This document shows positions 46,318 through 55,435 of a stretch of 64,000 bases of DNA, in pieces. The DNA lies in the NCBI GenBank assembly GCA_964641545.1, contig CAZXLT010000002.1, forward strand, positions 4,934 through 68,933. The letters are read 5' to 3'. The position numbers and the translations under genes were made by a program. How positions within the stretch are numbered: the stretch's first letter is position 1; every line of letters starts with the position of its first letter. The notes beneath the pieces were generated by a model, which was not told where the DNA came from, did no database searches, and worked only from the letters and a program-made list of their open reading frames with translations. This DNA is from an uncultured Candidatus Saccharibacteria bacterium (GTDB lineage Bacteria; Patescibacteriota; Saccharimonadia; Saccharimonadales; AWTP1-31).

Positions 46318-47637
46318 ATGAAAATTACTATAGTCGGGACTGGATATGTCGGTTTGGTTACGGGAACGTGTCTTGCGGAGATGGGCAACGACGTAACCTG
46401 CGTTGATATCGATGAGGCAAAAGTAAAAACAATGCTGGCGGGTAAAGTTCCTATTTACGAGCCAGACCTTGAAACATTGTTCCAGCGGAATATTAAGTCA
46501 AAACGATTAAACTTTACGACAGACCTAGAAATTGGGGTCAACGGTGCGCGTGCGATCTTTTTGGCACTACCAACACCGCCTGGTGAGGACGGTTCAGCAG
46601 ATCTTTCATATATTTTAGGTGTAGCCGAAAAGATCGGTCCCCTACTAAAAGATTATGCTGTTGTAATCGATAAAAGCACCGTACCGGTTGGGACTGCGGA
46701 TCGTGTACGTGAGCAAATTTCAAAAGGGGCACATGTGCCATTTGATGTTGCATCTAACCCTGAATTTTTAAGAGAAGGTTTTGCAGTCAGCGACTTTCTA
46801 AAGCCAGATCGGATTGTCGTAGGAACAGGCAGCGATAATGCAAAGAAAGTCCTGCAAGAGTTGTACGCCCCTTTTGTTCGGCAGGGGAGTCAGCTTATTG
46901 TTATGGACGAACGGTCAGCAGAAGTAACAAAATATGCCGCCAACGCCTTCTTGGCTACGAAAATTAGTTTTATGAACGAAATTGCCAACTTATGTGAGCT
47001 TGTCGACGCTGATGTGGATGCGGTTCGCGAAGGGATTGGAACGGACGAGCGTATCGGCAAGCGTTTTCTATATCCGGGCATAGGCTATGGAGGAAGTTGC
47101 TTCCCTAAAGATGTTCTGGCGCTACAAAAAACATCAAACGAGTATGGTTATGACTTTAGAATCCTCGAAGCTGTTAGCGATGTCAATAAAAGGCAGAAAC
47201 AAAGTTTAGTGCACAAAGTACTGAAGTTCTACAAAAATAATGTTTCGGGAAAAAACTTCGCCTTGTGGGGGTTAGCATTCAAACCAGACACAGACGACAT
47301 TCGTGAAGCGCCAAGCCTAGAGATTATCAAGAGTCTTACTGATGAGGGTGCAAATATTATTGCCTTTGACCCAGAGGCAACGGAGAACGTGAAAAAGCTT
47401 TTCGGCAATAACAAGCAGTTGTGTTTTGTTGAAGACGAATACGCTGCGCTAAAGAATGCTGATGCTTTACTTATTGCAACAGAATGGGGAACGTTCCGCG
47501 AACCAGACTTTGAGAAAATGAAACAACTAATGAATCGACCAGTTATTTTTGACGGGCGTAATTTATATGAGGTGTCAGAAATTCAAAAGGCAGGTTTTTA
47601 CTATGAGAGTATTGGGCGGCGGGTTATAAAACCGTGA
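46318..47637 (+). CDS. ugd: UDP-glucose 6-dehydrogenase
   Basis: 439 aa. Motifs are MKITIVGTGYVGLVTG, NPEFLREG and GYGGSCFPKDV (catalytic Cys). Confidence 0.9.
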   Translation: MKITIVGTGYVGLVTGTCLAEMGNDVTCVDIDEAKVKTMLAGKVPIYEPDLETLFQRNIKSKRLNFTTDLEIGVNGARAIFLALPTPPGEDGSADLSYILGVAEKIGPLLKDYAVVIDKSTVPVGTADRVREQISKGAHVPFDVASNPEFLREGFAVSDFLKPDRIVVGTGSDNAKKVLQELYAPFVRQGSQLIVMDERSAEVTKYAANAFLATKISFMNEIANLCELVDADVDAVREGIGTDERIGKRFLYPGIGYGGSCFPKDVLALQKTSNEYGYDFRILEAVSDVNKRQKQSLVHKVLKFYKNNVSGKNFALWGLAFKPDTDDIREAPSLEIIKSLTDEGANIIAFDPEATENVKKLFGNNKQLCFVEDEYAALKNADALLIATEWGTFREPDFEKMKQLMNRPVIFDGRNLYEVSEIQKAGFYYESIGRRVIKP

Positions 47638-48587
47638 AAAAAAGAGTCTTGATTAGTGGGGGAGCGGGTTTTTTAGGTTCACATCTTGCAGACCACTATT
47701 TGGGGGCTGGTTATGAAGTGGTTGCTGTAGATAATTTATCTACTGGTAGCAAGAAAAACATTGCGCACCTGAAAGGTAATAAAAGTTTTTCGTTTATAAA
47801 GGCGGATATTGTTGATGACCTACCAAAAACCGTGATCAGCAAGTCTTACGATATTATTCTTAACATGGCTTCACCTGCCAGCCCTCCACATTATCAGAGA
47901 CTGAGTGTAGAGACCTTAAGGGTTGGTTCGGAGGGGACACTTCATTTGCTCGAGCTGGCCCGGAGTAACAAGGCAAAGTTCTTCCATGCCAGCACCAGTG
48001 AGGTATATGGTGATCCTGAAGTTCATCCGCAACCAGAAAGCTATCGAGGCAATGTAAATTGCTATGGTCCAAGAGCGATGTACGATGAGGCTAAACGGTA
48101 TGCAGAAGCGCTCATTTACTCATACCGCGAGAGATACCCAGAAGTGCAAACATATGTTGCGCGATTCTTTAATACATATGGTCCACGTATGGATGCACAT
48201 GATGGGCGCGTTGTATCGAATTTTATCGTACAGGCATTAGCGGGTGAGCCGTTGACAATGTATGGTGATGGAAGTCAGACAAGAAGCTTTTGTTACGTTT
48301 CGGATCTTATCAGCGCGATCACGTTACTCATTGATTCGGACGAGCATGACCCGATCAATCTTGGCAACCCAGGGGAGTTTACTATTAGGGAGCTTGCAGA
48401 TATTGTTATCGAGCTGACCAAAAGCAGTTCTATAATCACAAAATTACCTTTGCCTGCCGATGACCCCACTCAGCGTAAGCCAGTTATTGATAAAGCAAGA
48501 GACTCTCTTGGCTGGGAGCCGAAGATTTCCCTAAGAGAAGGCTTGCAGTACACAATAAAACATTTTATAATTATCGATAATGACTAG
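47634..48587 (+). CDS. uxs: UDP-glucuronate decarboxylase (UDP-xylose synthase)
   Basis: 317 aa. Motifs are VLISGGAGFLGSHL, ASTSEVYGDP, YDEAKRYAEAL, RFFNTYGPRM and GDGSQTRSFCYVSD. It overlaps the ugd stop by 4 nt. Confidence 0.88.
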   Translation: MKKRVLISGGAGFLGSHLADHYLGAGYEVVAVDNLSTGSKKNIAHLKGNKSFSFIKADIVDDLPKTVISKSYDIILNMASPASPPHYQRLSVETLRVGSEGTLHLLELARSNKAKFFHASTSEVYGDPEVHPQPESYRGNVNCYGPRAMYDEAKRYAEALIYSYRERYPEVQTYVARFFNTYGPRMDAHDGRVVSNFIVQALAGEPLTMYGDGSQTRSFCYVSDLISAITLLIDSDEHDPINLGNPGEFTIRELADIVIELTKSSSIITKLPLPADDPTQRKPVIDKARDSLGWEPKISLREGLQYTIKHFIIIDND

Positions 48588-49548
48588 CTACATACCTGAA
48601 GGGGGAGACAGAGGTTTTGTTCGTCAAGATGGTTTCGTTCCTCAGGCAGAACGGTTGCTCAATCCTGAAATGCACAGGATTGTTGAGCAAGTCGGCATAG
48701 CAACCGCAACATTATATCCTGGTTGGTACACTGGCGAGACGGAAGACGGGGTGGTATCCGCAGATAAGCTGCGTGGCGATTTGGCATTACAAACCATTGC
48801 TGCTGCTACATCACAAGGATTTAGGATTGTGACCATTGATGGAGGAAGTTCAGACGAATTTTTATCTGCACTTGCTAGTACCGATGCAATCGTAGAGAAG
48901 CAGGATCAAGAAGGTATGAGCGTTGGCCGCCAGCAAGCGTTTGATACTGTATCTGATCTGGAAGGCGTGGAAGTGGTCTGCTGGGTTGAACCAGAAAAAG
49001 TTTCGCTTGTGACCGAGGGTATTATTGACCCAGCTCTATCTATTTTGAATGACGAGGCAGATATTGTTGTTCCAAAGCGGGACGACAACGCATTTGCAAC
49101 CTACCCAGCCTTCCAAAGAGATTATGAGCAGGAAAGCAACAGACTCTTTAACGGCATCTTACGTAGGCATGGTGTGTATCCCGAAGATGCACCAGACATT
49201 GATGCATGGTTTGGCCCTCGTTTCTTTAAAAACACGCCTGAAGTGAAAGCGTTGTTTATGGCTAACTATGAATACAAGAGCGAAGTTCAGTCGGGTATGG
49301 CTCAAGATTCTATGGGGCTTTGGCCGAATGCTTTATTCTTGCCGCTCGCCGCAGCCTTAAAGCGGGGTTTGCGTATCAAGAGTGTACCCGTTAATTACGT
49401 TCATCCAGCCGAGCAAACAGAACTAGAGCAGCAGAATGCACAATATGTAGATAAACGCAGTTTCCAACAGAAAAACATCCTCACAGCTGTTATCCATTTT
49501 TTGCGCTATCTTGAGCAAGATAGATCGGCGCGGATTCAAAAAGTCTAA
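48580..49548 (+). CDS. hypothetical protein co-transcribed with ugd-uxs (possible GT-A-like fold, unverified)
   Basis: 322-aa ORF that overlaps the uxs stop by 8 nt. FRIVTIDGGSSDEF and DIVVPKRDD are faintly reminiscent of nucleotide-sugar transferases. No family recognised with confidence. Confidence 0.35.
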   Translation: MTSYIPEGGDRGFVRQDGFVPQAERLLNPEMHRIVEQVGIATATLYPGWYTGETEDGVVSADKLRGDLALQTIAAATSQGFRIVTIDGGSSDEFLSALASTDAIVEKQDQEGMSVGRQQAFDTVSDLEGVEVVCWVEPEKVSLVTEGIIDPALSILNDEADIVVPKRDDNAFATYPAFQRDYEQESNRLFNGILRRHGVYPEDAPDIDAWFGPRFFKNTPEVKALFMANYEYKSEVQSGMAQDSMGLWPNALFLPLAAALKRGLRIKSVPVNYVHPAEQTELEQQNAQYVDKRSFQQKNILTAVIHFLRYLEQDRSARIQKV

Positions 49549-49769
49549 CCATTTAGTATTGCTAAAACTTTGTGCGGTGTATTAATCACGGTCAACAAAC
49601 AGCCAGGAAGATCGGGGTTGGGAGTCTCTCCTATAAAAGCACGGGGCTAACTTGGCGAGGAAACGACCATACACACCATAGAGTAGAAAAAAGAGCCACG
49701 GTAAAGCAAGCCTACCTTGGTAGGTTTCTACAACATATTTATTAGCATAATTTGCTATCCTAGATAGGT

Positions 49770-50813
49770 ATGATTACTGTCATTATCGCTGGTGGGTCTG
49801 GCACTCGCCTCTGGCCGCTTTCAACCCCAGACTACCCAAAGCATCTTCTTAAAATTAATGGTCATCAAAGATCACTTCTGCAAAATACCTACGATCGGGT
49901 AAAGGACATCAGCAGTGGGGTGTATGTTATTACCGAAAATAGCCACGATCAACATATTAGGGAGCAGCTTCCAGATCTTGATGAGGAAAACTTTGTGATA
50001 GAACCTGCACGTCGAGGTACGGCAAGCTGCATCTTAGCTGGTCTACTCAAGATTGCTGAAAAGCATGACACTTCGGAGCCAATAGCTTTCCTTGCTGCCG
50101 ACCATTACATACGTGATGTTCAGGGTTTTGGGAACACGTTTACTCGAGCGGCAGAGGTTTCATCGAAAGATCAGAGAATCGTTTTGGTTGGTATAGAACC
50201 TGATTACCCTGCAACGGGTTTTGGATACATACAAAAAGGTGAACAGTATGACCAAGACGGGCTTGTTTTTAATGTCCATTCTTTTAAAGAAAAGCCAAAG
50301 TTTGACCTTGCAAAGGAATACTTTAAGAGCGGACACTACCTATGGAATTCTGGTGCATTTGTAGGGTCCGTTGATGTGTTCAAAAAGAAAATGAAAGCTT
50401 TCGCGCCAGAGTTGCTGGATAACCTGGAGTCTTTAGCTTCAGCTAAAGATGATGATGAGTTTCTTGAAAGATATCTAAAGCTAGAAAATATTGCGATAGA
50501 CTACGCCTTAATTGAAAGAGTAGAGGACTTATTAGTGGTACCTGCTACCTTCGACTGGATGGATTTAGGGTCTTATACTGATCTTCATAAGGCGGTCGAC
50601 TCGGATGAACAAGGCAATCATACACATGGGTCAAATGTTGAACTGGATAACGTAACAAATTCATTCGTACAGAACCACGAAGAAAAGCCAGTTGCTGTAA
50701 TAGGTCTAGATGGGGTTGCTGTTGTGAATACGCCCCACGGAGTACTGGTAACAAGAAAAGATCTAGCACAGAATGTCGGCGATGTAAGTAAGCGCTTTAA
50801 AAAGGAGAAATAA
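49770..50813 (+). CDS. manC: mannose-1-phosphate guanylyltransferase
   Basis: 347 aa. Motifs are IIAGGSGTRLWPLS, EPARRGTA and GFGYIQ. It has the nucleotidyltransferase domain without a C-terminal isomerase/cupin domain. Confidence 0.8.
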   Translation: MITVIIAGGSGTRLWPLSTPDYPKHLLKINGHQRSLLQNTYDRVKDISSGVYVITENSHDQHIREQLPDLDEENFVIEPARRGTASCILAGLLKIAEKHDTSEPIAFLAADHYIRDVQGFGNTFTRAAEVSSKDQRIVLVGIEPDYPATGFGYIQKGEQYDQDGLVFNVHSFKEKPKFDLAKEYFKSGHYLWNSGAFVGSVDVFKKKMKAFAPELLDNLESLASAKDDDEFLERYLKLENIAIDYALIERVEDLLVVPATFDWMDLGSYTDLHKAVDSDEQGNHTHGSNVELDNVTNSFVQNHEEKPVAVIGLDGVAVVNTPHGVLVTRKDLAQNVGDVSKRFKKEK

Positions 50814-51568
50814 TGAGACGAAAAATAATCGCCTTTGATTTAGATGGAACCTTGGCGCCAAGTAAATCTCCGCTACCAGACGAAATGTCTGAAGTTCTGA
50901 ATGAGTTACTTACAAAATTTCAAGTTTGTGTTATTTCTGGTGGTAAGTTCGAACAATTCGAAAAGCAGCTACTTGGGAACTTAAAAGCCGATCCTACAAA
51001 ACTTGAGGCGCTGCATATTATGCCAACGTGTGGAACGCGTTACTACCGCTACGATGTTGTACAGAAGGCCTGGGAAAAAGTCTATGCAGAAGATTTTAGC
51101 GAAGAACAGAAGAAAAAAATAATCAGCGCCCTTAACAAGGGTCTTGATGACTTAAAGATGCGAGAAACGAAGTTGTGGGGTGATATTATTGAGGACCGTG
51201 GTAGTCAGGTGACTCTATCTGCTCTTGGTCAAGAAGCGCCAGTTGATGCCAAAGAGGAGTGGGACCCGGATCAAACAAAAAAAGCAAAGTTGCGGACCTA
51301 TATTGCAGAACTAATACCAGAGTTTGAAGTTCGTGCTGGTGGCACTACTTCGATTGACGTAACCAAACTTGGTATTGATAAAGCCTACGGCATGCAAAAA
51401 TTAATGGATATGCTGGAAGTCAGTAAAGAAGAAATAGTATTCTTTGGTGATCGACTCAATGAAGGTGGTAACGATTATCCAGTTAAGGCAATGGGCATAG
51501 ACTCACTAGAAGTTTCTAACTGGCAAGATACTGTGCTCGCGCTGCGAGCGCTCCTCTCGGTGGTTTAA
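50813..51568 (+). CDS. HAD-IIB phosphatase-fold protein, eukaryotic-type phosphomannomutase-like
   Basis: Motifs are IIAFDLDGTLAP, VISGGKFEQFEKQL, GGTTSIDVTKLGIDKAYG and FFGDRLNEGGNDYP. It is collinear with PMM as I recall it. The start overlaps the manC stop (TAATG). Confidence 0.6.
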   Translation: MRRKIIAFDLDGTLAPSKSPLPDEMSEVLNELLTKFQVCVISGGKFEQFEKQLLGNLKADPTKLEALHIMPTCGTRYYRYDVVQKAWEKVYAEDFSEEQKKKIISALNKGLDDLKMRETKLWGDIIEDRGSQVTLSALGQEAPVDAKEEWDPDQTKKAKLRTYIAELIPEFEVRAGGTTSIDVTKLGIDKAYGMQKLMDMLEVSKEEIVFFGDRLNEGGNDYPVKAMGIDSLEVSNWQDTVLALRALLSVV

Positions 51569-52662
51569 AGAGCTGTTTTTGATTTCACAAACTCTGTGAT
51601 TGACGTATGGAACTGCTCAATCGAAAATTGTTCGGCGTGCTTTGCAACCTTCTTATTATCAAAATCAAGACGCTCGAATTTTTGTATTGCATCGCATAAG
51701 CTCTCTACGTCTTGTGAGTCAAAAAATATACCGGTTTCGCCCTCAACCACATAGTCCAGTGCGCCACCTGCCTTGAAGGCAATAACGGGGGTGCCTGCTG
51801 CAAGAGCCTCAACAGAAGAAATGCCAAAGTCATCAAGACCGGGGAAGATAAATGCCTTAGCTGATTTTACCCGATTAACTACTTCTTGCTCTTCTGTCTC
51901 TCCTAAAAATGTAATGGTCGGTCCAGCCATTTTTTTAAGTTTTTGTCGTTCTGGGCCATCACCAATAACAGCCAGTTCCACACCAAGCTTTGTGCAAGCA
52001 GCAACTGCCAGGTCGATTTTTTTGTATGGAGTTTGTCGACCCGTAATGACGTAGCCGCTTCGCTTTGTATTTGAATTAGCAAATCTTTTTGTATCGACAG
52101 GCGGGTGGATAACAATTGAATCACGATTATAGTACTTTTTTATCTCTTCTTTGGTGTGCGTTGAATTTGCGATTAAAAAGTCAGGACCTTGAGCAGCCTT
52201 ATAATCGGCACGACGCAGAGGGCCCACTAAAACTCGTAAGCTAATTCGCGCTAGCGGATCAAATATTCCAAAGCCCGGATTTTTAAGGTATGAGTCGTAC
52301 CTACTCCAATAGTAATGTGTAGGTGCATGGATATACGAAATATGAATTGTTCCCGGCGATTTTTTAACCGCCTTTGCTTCTGCCCCCGCAGAAGAAATTA
52401 TCAGGGAATAATCGCTTAAGGGAATCCCCTTAAAGGCGAGTATTCTGAAAACAGGCAGAAATTTCTTGAGTCCAGCAGGAAACTTTTGGAGCCAGGTTGT
52501 CTGCACTAGAGCGTCTGCAAACCAAGAGATCTTTTTTTTATCGTACTGCGACGTGTAAATTGGAGCTTCGGGGTAGAGCTTATGTAATTCCAGGACTACT
52601 CGTTCGGCACCACCAATGCCCGTTAGCCAATCGCAAACAATCGCAACTTTTCTATCACTCAC
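51565..52662 (-). CDS. glycosyltransferase, GT4 family
   Basis: 365 aa. DDFGISSVEALAAGTPVIAFKAGG motif. Confidence 0.75.
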   Translation of the reverse strand: MSDRKVAIVCDWLTGIGGAERVVLELHKLYPEAPIYTSQYDKKKISWFADALVQTTWLQKFPAGLKKFLPVFRILAFKGIPLSDYSLIISSAGAEAKAVKKSPGTIHISYIHAPTHYYWSRYDSYLKNPGFGIFDPLARISLRVLVGPLRRADYKAAQGPDFLIANSTHTKEEIKKYYNRDSIVIHPPVDTKRFANSNTKRSGYVITGRQTPYKKIDLAVAACTKLGVELAVIGDGPERQKLKKMAGPTITFLGETEEQEVVNRVKSAKAFIFPGLDDFGISSVEALAAGTPVIAFKAGGALDYVVEGETGIFFDSQDVESLCDAIQKFERLDFDNKKVAKHAEQFSIEQFHTSITEFVKSKTAL

Positions 52663-54101
52663 TACAGTGCCCCGTTACCACTAAGAACGGCGCGTGCAGT
52701 CTTGATAAGAATGACAATGTCGCTCCAGAACGTCCAATTTTGCACATAGTACATGTCTAGCTGGCGCCGCTCATCGAAGCTAATGTTGCTTCGCCCAGAA
52801 ACTTGCGCTAAACCAGTAAGGCCTGACTTAACGCTAAGAATGGCGTGCTTTTTATCGTACGTGTTAATTTCTTCGGGTATCAGTGGACGCGGTCCGACTA
52901 GGCTAATATCTCCGGTTAGTACATTGAATAATTGTGGCAATTCATCCAGGGATGTTTTCCGTAAAAACCTACCGAGTTTGCTCAAGCGAGGATCATTGTC
53001 GAGCACATAACCATTGTCACGATATTTTTCGTACAACTCAGGCTTACCGAGTTTAGCAAATGCTTGTTTGTCGGTTAATCCACTCAGCCCATTACGATGA
53101 GTTCGAAATTTATACACACGGAACTCTCGATTAAAACGAGTAATTCTGGTTTGTCGGAAAAAAATAGGGAGACCGCCGCCAACAATAATTTCTAAAATCG
53201 CGATCAGTAGAATGATCGGAGAAAATACTAAGAGTGCGGTCAACGAAACTACAAAATCAAATAGACGCTTTGCCACCTTCCCCCAACCGATAAGTGCCGT
53301 TTGGTGGACTGCTACCATTGGGACAGACTGAAAAAGCTCAACAACAATATTGCCTGCAAACAGGTCGCTATTGCCGGGAATAAACCGAAAAGCTATATGA
53401 TTAGTCTGGGCATAGTCTAAAATAGCGCTGTTTTTAGACGGGCTCGAAAACAACTCGGTTTGCACAATGCTGTAAATGCTGCCCGGTTTAAGATGCTCCC
53501 GCGCATCGGCAAATGTTGGAAATATTTGAACGCCTTTAAACTCTAGTAAGCTTGCATGGTCCCCCACCATAGCAACAACACGGTACCCCGTGTGGTGTGT
53601 GTCTTTTAGTGCACGGGCAAGCTCTACGGCAATTCGATTATCACCGATAATCATAATATTGGTGATGCCCACGTTGTAGCGGTAGAGCGTAATACGCAAA
53701 TAACGTAAAAAGTTGCGGCTTACAACAAGGAACCCAAAGCCGAGCCCGAGGGCATATATTGGAACTAAGCGAGCAGGGAACAGAACGGCCGGCGAAACAA
53801 AGTCGTACCCAATGACCACGAGAATTCCCAGAAAAGCACCTACCAATAACCGCCCAAGTTCAGAAAATCTTCTTTCGAAAACACTTTGGTTGTACAGGCC
53901 AATAAATGCGTGAACAAGTATCCAAAACGGCAAAACTGTTAGCAGCGCTCCGAAATATGTACGGGCAGGGATTGCCGCAATTAATGGTCGTTCATCAATT
54001 TTTACACGTAGTATGTACGCCAAGGAAAAAGCTGCTAGCAGCGCCACGAAATCGCCAACTACAAGTAACAAGGTATAAGCCAGGTTTGAGTTATTTTTCA
54101 T
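52662..54101 (-). CDS. polyprenyl-phosphate hexose-1-phosphate transferase (WbaP/WcaJ-type initiating sugar transferase)
   Basis: 479 aa. N-terminal TM bundle, a central Rossmann-like segment (IMIIGDN) and a C-terminal bacterial sugar transferase domain (KRLFD...SLDELPQLFNVLTGDISLVGPRP). Confidence 0.85.
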   Translation of the reverse strand: MKNNSNLAYTLLLVVGDFVALLAAFSLAYILRVKIDERPLIAAIPARTYFGALLTVLPFWILVHAFIGLYNQSVFERRFSELGRLLVGAFLGILVVIGYDFVSPAVLFPARLVPIYALGLGFGFLVVSRNFLRYLRITLYRYNVGITNIMIIGDNRIAVELARALKDTHHTGYRVVAMVGDHASLLEFKGVQIFPTFADAREHLKPGSIYSIVQTELFSSPSKNSAILDYAQTNHIAFRFIPGNSDLFAGNIVVELFQSVPMVAVHQTALIGWGKVAKRLFDFVVSLTALLVFSPIILLIAILEIIVGGGLPIFFRQTRITRFNREFRVYKFRTHRNGLSGLTDKQAFAKLGKPELYEKYRDNGYVLDNDPRLSKLGRFLRKTSLDELPQLFNVLTGDISLVGPRPLIPEEINTYDKKHAILSVKSGLTGLAQVSGRSNISFDERRQLDMYYVQNWTFWSDIVILIKTARAVLSGNGAL

Positions 54102-54148
54102 AGGCTTTAACTAGCCCTATTGTACCATCTCTTATAGGTGTTAGAGTT

Positions 54149-55435
54149 CTAGTTTCGTGTTTTTTTACCAAGACTTAGTCCGACCAGAAGCCCGGTAAAT
54201 AATGTAACAGTTAGGTTGCTCCAAACCGGGATTACCATCCCTGCGACTGCTATGCCTATAAAACCTGCCAAAACGGGCCAGGCCGCTGCTTGGTATAGCA
54301 GCAATCCAACGATAATCAGCAAGCCGATCATAAGAATAAGCCCAAGCCAACCATATGCCACACCGATATCAAGGTATGAACTTTCGGACTCTAAGTAAGT
54401 GGTTGGGTTTATCGTTAGCCCTACAACACCCGTAGTTGCTGGTCCTCTTCCTAGGGGGTTGTCGATAATCTCGTCTACTCCCTCCTCCTTGGCGTCGATA
54501 TGCTGTTGCGTAGAATTGCTTTGGGTCCCTTTGTGCAGGAACAGGCTGTTGATCAAAGTGTTAGAGCGACCAATCACAAAACTTGCTATTGATAAACTCG
54601 CCAAGACAAACCCAATTAATAATGCGCGCCGAAATACGTTCAAACGGAACGAAGCGTCAACTATAAATAACGCAACAATCGCAATCGCCAGCCCAAGCCA
54701 GGAACTTCTTGAAAAAGTTAGCAGTAATAACGACAGTGCGCCTGTAAGCGGAACTAGTAAACGACCTGATCTTTTGCGTGGGTCGGTTACCCATGCGTGC
54801 AGCAAAACGACAATGGGCACTATAAGCAGTGCTCCCAATTCATTTGGGTTTCTAACAAACCCTCGAGTTCTAAGCCACCCAGAATCACCGCCAATTTTTA
54901 ACACTTCGTTCGTGCCGCATAGTCCGTAACCTAACCACTTATCGAGGTTGTCGTGTAGTCCTGCAAAGTACAAAATGACTGCCAGTATTGAAACAGAACC
55001 AATAATTGCACTGGTAACGATAAGTGCGTTGTTTTTCTTGGATGACCCCATGTTTGAAAGACCAAGTAAAACTGCAAAGAAAAGCGAGAAGTCGGTAAGG
55101 ATAACAATGACCAAGCTCATAACTGATAGGTTTGTTTGTGCTGCACGAATAACACACCAGGCTACAAATAGAAGAAGTACCCAGACGAACCATGACATGG
55201 GTTTATCGGCAAGCAGTTTTCTAAGATGTATCGCTAAATTCTTACTAGCTGAGCGGGAAATTATAAAGGCAATTATCGACATAATTACCAGCAGATCGAA
55301 TACTCGGAACGTAGTTGAACAGCCATAGTGCTTCAGAAGTAGCGACGAAAACACGCCATGAAAAAAGAAACTAACTAGAAGCGCCACAAGTAGGGCTTGT
55401 TTGTATTTACCAGGTTGCGTCGGTTTTTTGGACAT
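54149..55435 (-). CDS. O-antigen ligase/polymerase family membrane protein (Wzy_C-type)
   Basis: 428 aa with ~10-12 TM helices. LTFSRSSWLGLAIAIVALF motif. The track start overlaps the LCP gene's 3' end by 29 nt, so the true start may be internal. Confidence 0.65.
   Translation of the reverse strand: MSKKPTQPGKYKQALLVALLVSFFFHGVFSSLLLKHYGCSTTFRVFDLLVIMSIIAFIISRSASKNLAIHLRKLLADKPMSWFVWVLLLFVAWCVIRAAQTNLSVMSLVIVILTDFSLFFAVLLGLSNMGSSKKNNALIVTSAIIGSVSILAVILYFAGLHDNLDKWLGYGLCGTNEVLKIGGDSGWLRTRGFVRNPNELGALLIVPIVVLLHAWVTDPRKRSGRLLVPLTGALSLLLLTFSRSSWLGLAIAIVALFIVDASFRLNVFRRALLIGFVLASLSIASFVIGRSNTLINSLFLHKGTQSNSTQQHIDAKEEGVDEIIDNPLGRGPATTGVVGLTINPTTYLESESSYLDIGVAYGWLGLILMIGLLIIVGLLLYQAAAWPVLAGFIGIAVAGMVIPVWSNLTVTLFTGLLVGLSLGKKTRN

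Noticed and set aside
46290-46320. Possible leaderless mRNA for ugd (TAGAAT at ~46306-46311, only ~6 nt before ATG 46318, with no SD)
   Set aside because: The -35 is poor and the call rests on a single near-consensus hexamer. It cannot be supported without transcription-start mapping.
49549-49769. 221-bp gap before manC examined for a tRNA, SRP RNA or other ncRNA, or a small ORF
   Set aside because: It contains only short weak hairpins (for example CCTAC/GTAGG near 49716-49729). I saw no cloverleaf or conserved ncRNA motifs and no ORF longer than ~10-30 codons with a start context.
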